A stretch of DNA of 64,000 nucleotides, from NCBI GenBank assembly GCA_964106915.2, contig OZ066924.1; one strand, written 5' to 3'. A program made the translations under genes and the position numbers. The stretch's first letter is position 1; every line of letters starts with the position of its first letter. Under the pieces are notes generated by a model, which had not been told where the DNA came from, ran no database searches, and saw only the letters and a program-made list of their open reading frames with translations. This document shows, one piece after another, positions 63,210-64,000 of this stretch. This DNA is from Podarcis gaigeae. Its lineage: Eukaryota.

Positions 63210-63354
63210 CTGCTAATATATACAACCACACAAAACTATTTTCTGATCAAAAATGGACTACCTTGTGGATAATAATCAACCGTGACATATGAGCCAGCTG
63301 AAATTTTGAAAGGATGAATGCCTTGTTCACAATACCAGTTCACCCATGGATATA

Positions 63355-63580
63355 CAGTGGTACCTCGGGTTACAGACGCTTCAGGTTACAGACTCTGCTA
63401 ACCCAGAAATAGTACCTTAAATTAAGAACTTTGCTTCAGGATGAGAACAGAAATCATGTCGCAGCAGCGCAGCAGAAGCAGGAGGCCCCATTAGCTAAAG
63501 TGGTGCTTCAGGTTAAGAACAGTTTCAGGTTAAGAACGGACCTCCGGAACGAATTAAGTTCTTAACCCGAGGTACCACTG
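63355..63580. mobile_element. Tc1/mariner (Tigger-like) MITE
   Basis: TA|CAGTGGTACCTCGGGTTA...TAACCCGAGGTACCACTG|TA. Confidence 0.88.
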
Positions 63581-64000
63581 TATTCCATGAAGAAACTGAA
63601 ATATTATCTCCTGTTTGGGGTGGGGGTGTGTGATATGGATTCATTTTGAGATTACACACCTCAGATGACAAATAACCTCTTTATCTGATGGGTTTGCACA
63701 ATGTTTTATACACTAATTGAATTTAAACTATGGTTTAAGAACAAAGAGTATGTCTGCTCCCTGCTCTGTGTATCACATAGGCTTTGGCCAGGACTGGCCC
63801 AAGACTTTTGGCTGCCTGAAGCAAAAGACAAACATGCCTCCTATATTCCATATAATTGTGATGGGTACCCTCTGCTGTACCCAAGAAAGCAGCAGGCTAC
63901 TTTGTGGGGTGTAGGGCAGGCCACATGGCATACACAACTCTGTCCTTCGGCACCTCCTTGCCACTCCATGCTCTACAGTATTTGCTGTCTGAGGCAGTTG

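Noticed and set aside
1-64000. The many 60-145 aa ORFs outside the listed exons
   Set aside because: They have no recognisable domains. They are antisense or off-frame shadows of exons, or run through repeats and microsatellites, as expected by chance.
1-64000. CRISPR array or other prokaryotic system
   Set aside because: There is no repeat-spacer periodicity and no operon structure; this is intron-exon vertebrate DNA.

Overview
This is vertebrate nuclear DNA from a squamate reptile, probably a lacertid lizard, judged from full-length Sauria SINEs with (ACCTTT)n tails and other squamate-type repeats. The whole window lies inside one minus-strand gene, ADGRV1 (VLGR1/GPR98, the Usher 2C adhesion GPCR). 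I traced 50 consecutive coding exons (62473 down to 622) by hand from splice sites and reading frame. They total 9,647 nt (2 nt + 3,215 codons), with consistent phase across all 49 introns and no stop seen. They encode tandem Calx-beta repeats, the EAR/EPTP region, more Calx-beta repeats, the GAIN/GPS motif (CSCSHM|SIY) and the first transmembrane helices. Exon numbers 34-83 are my recollection of the human gene and were not checked. The introns (mean about 1.07 kb) hold Sauria SINEs, other tRNA-derived SINEs, CR1 and L2 3' ends, hAT and Tc1/mariner MITEs, two probable solo LTRs and microsatellites. Four observations stand out. (1) A TSD-flanked Penelope-like insertion forms a perfect 88-bp palindrome and carries a minimal hammerhead ribozyme core that is intact only antisense to the gene. 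(2) An isolated 5' half of tRNA-His lies in a short intron. (3) That same intron is the only GC-AG intron in the window. (4) The large exon (~74) apparently lacks the Thr-rich linker I recall from the human protein. I found no CRISPR array, rRNA, intact tRNA or second protein-coding gene, and I cannot claim a wholly new system.
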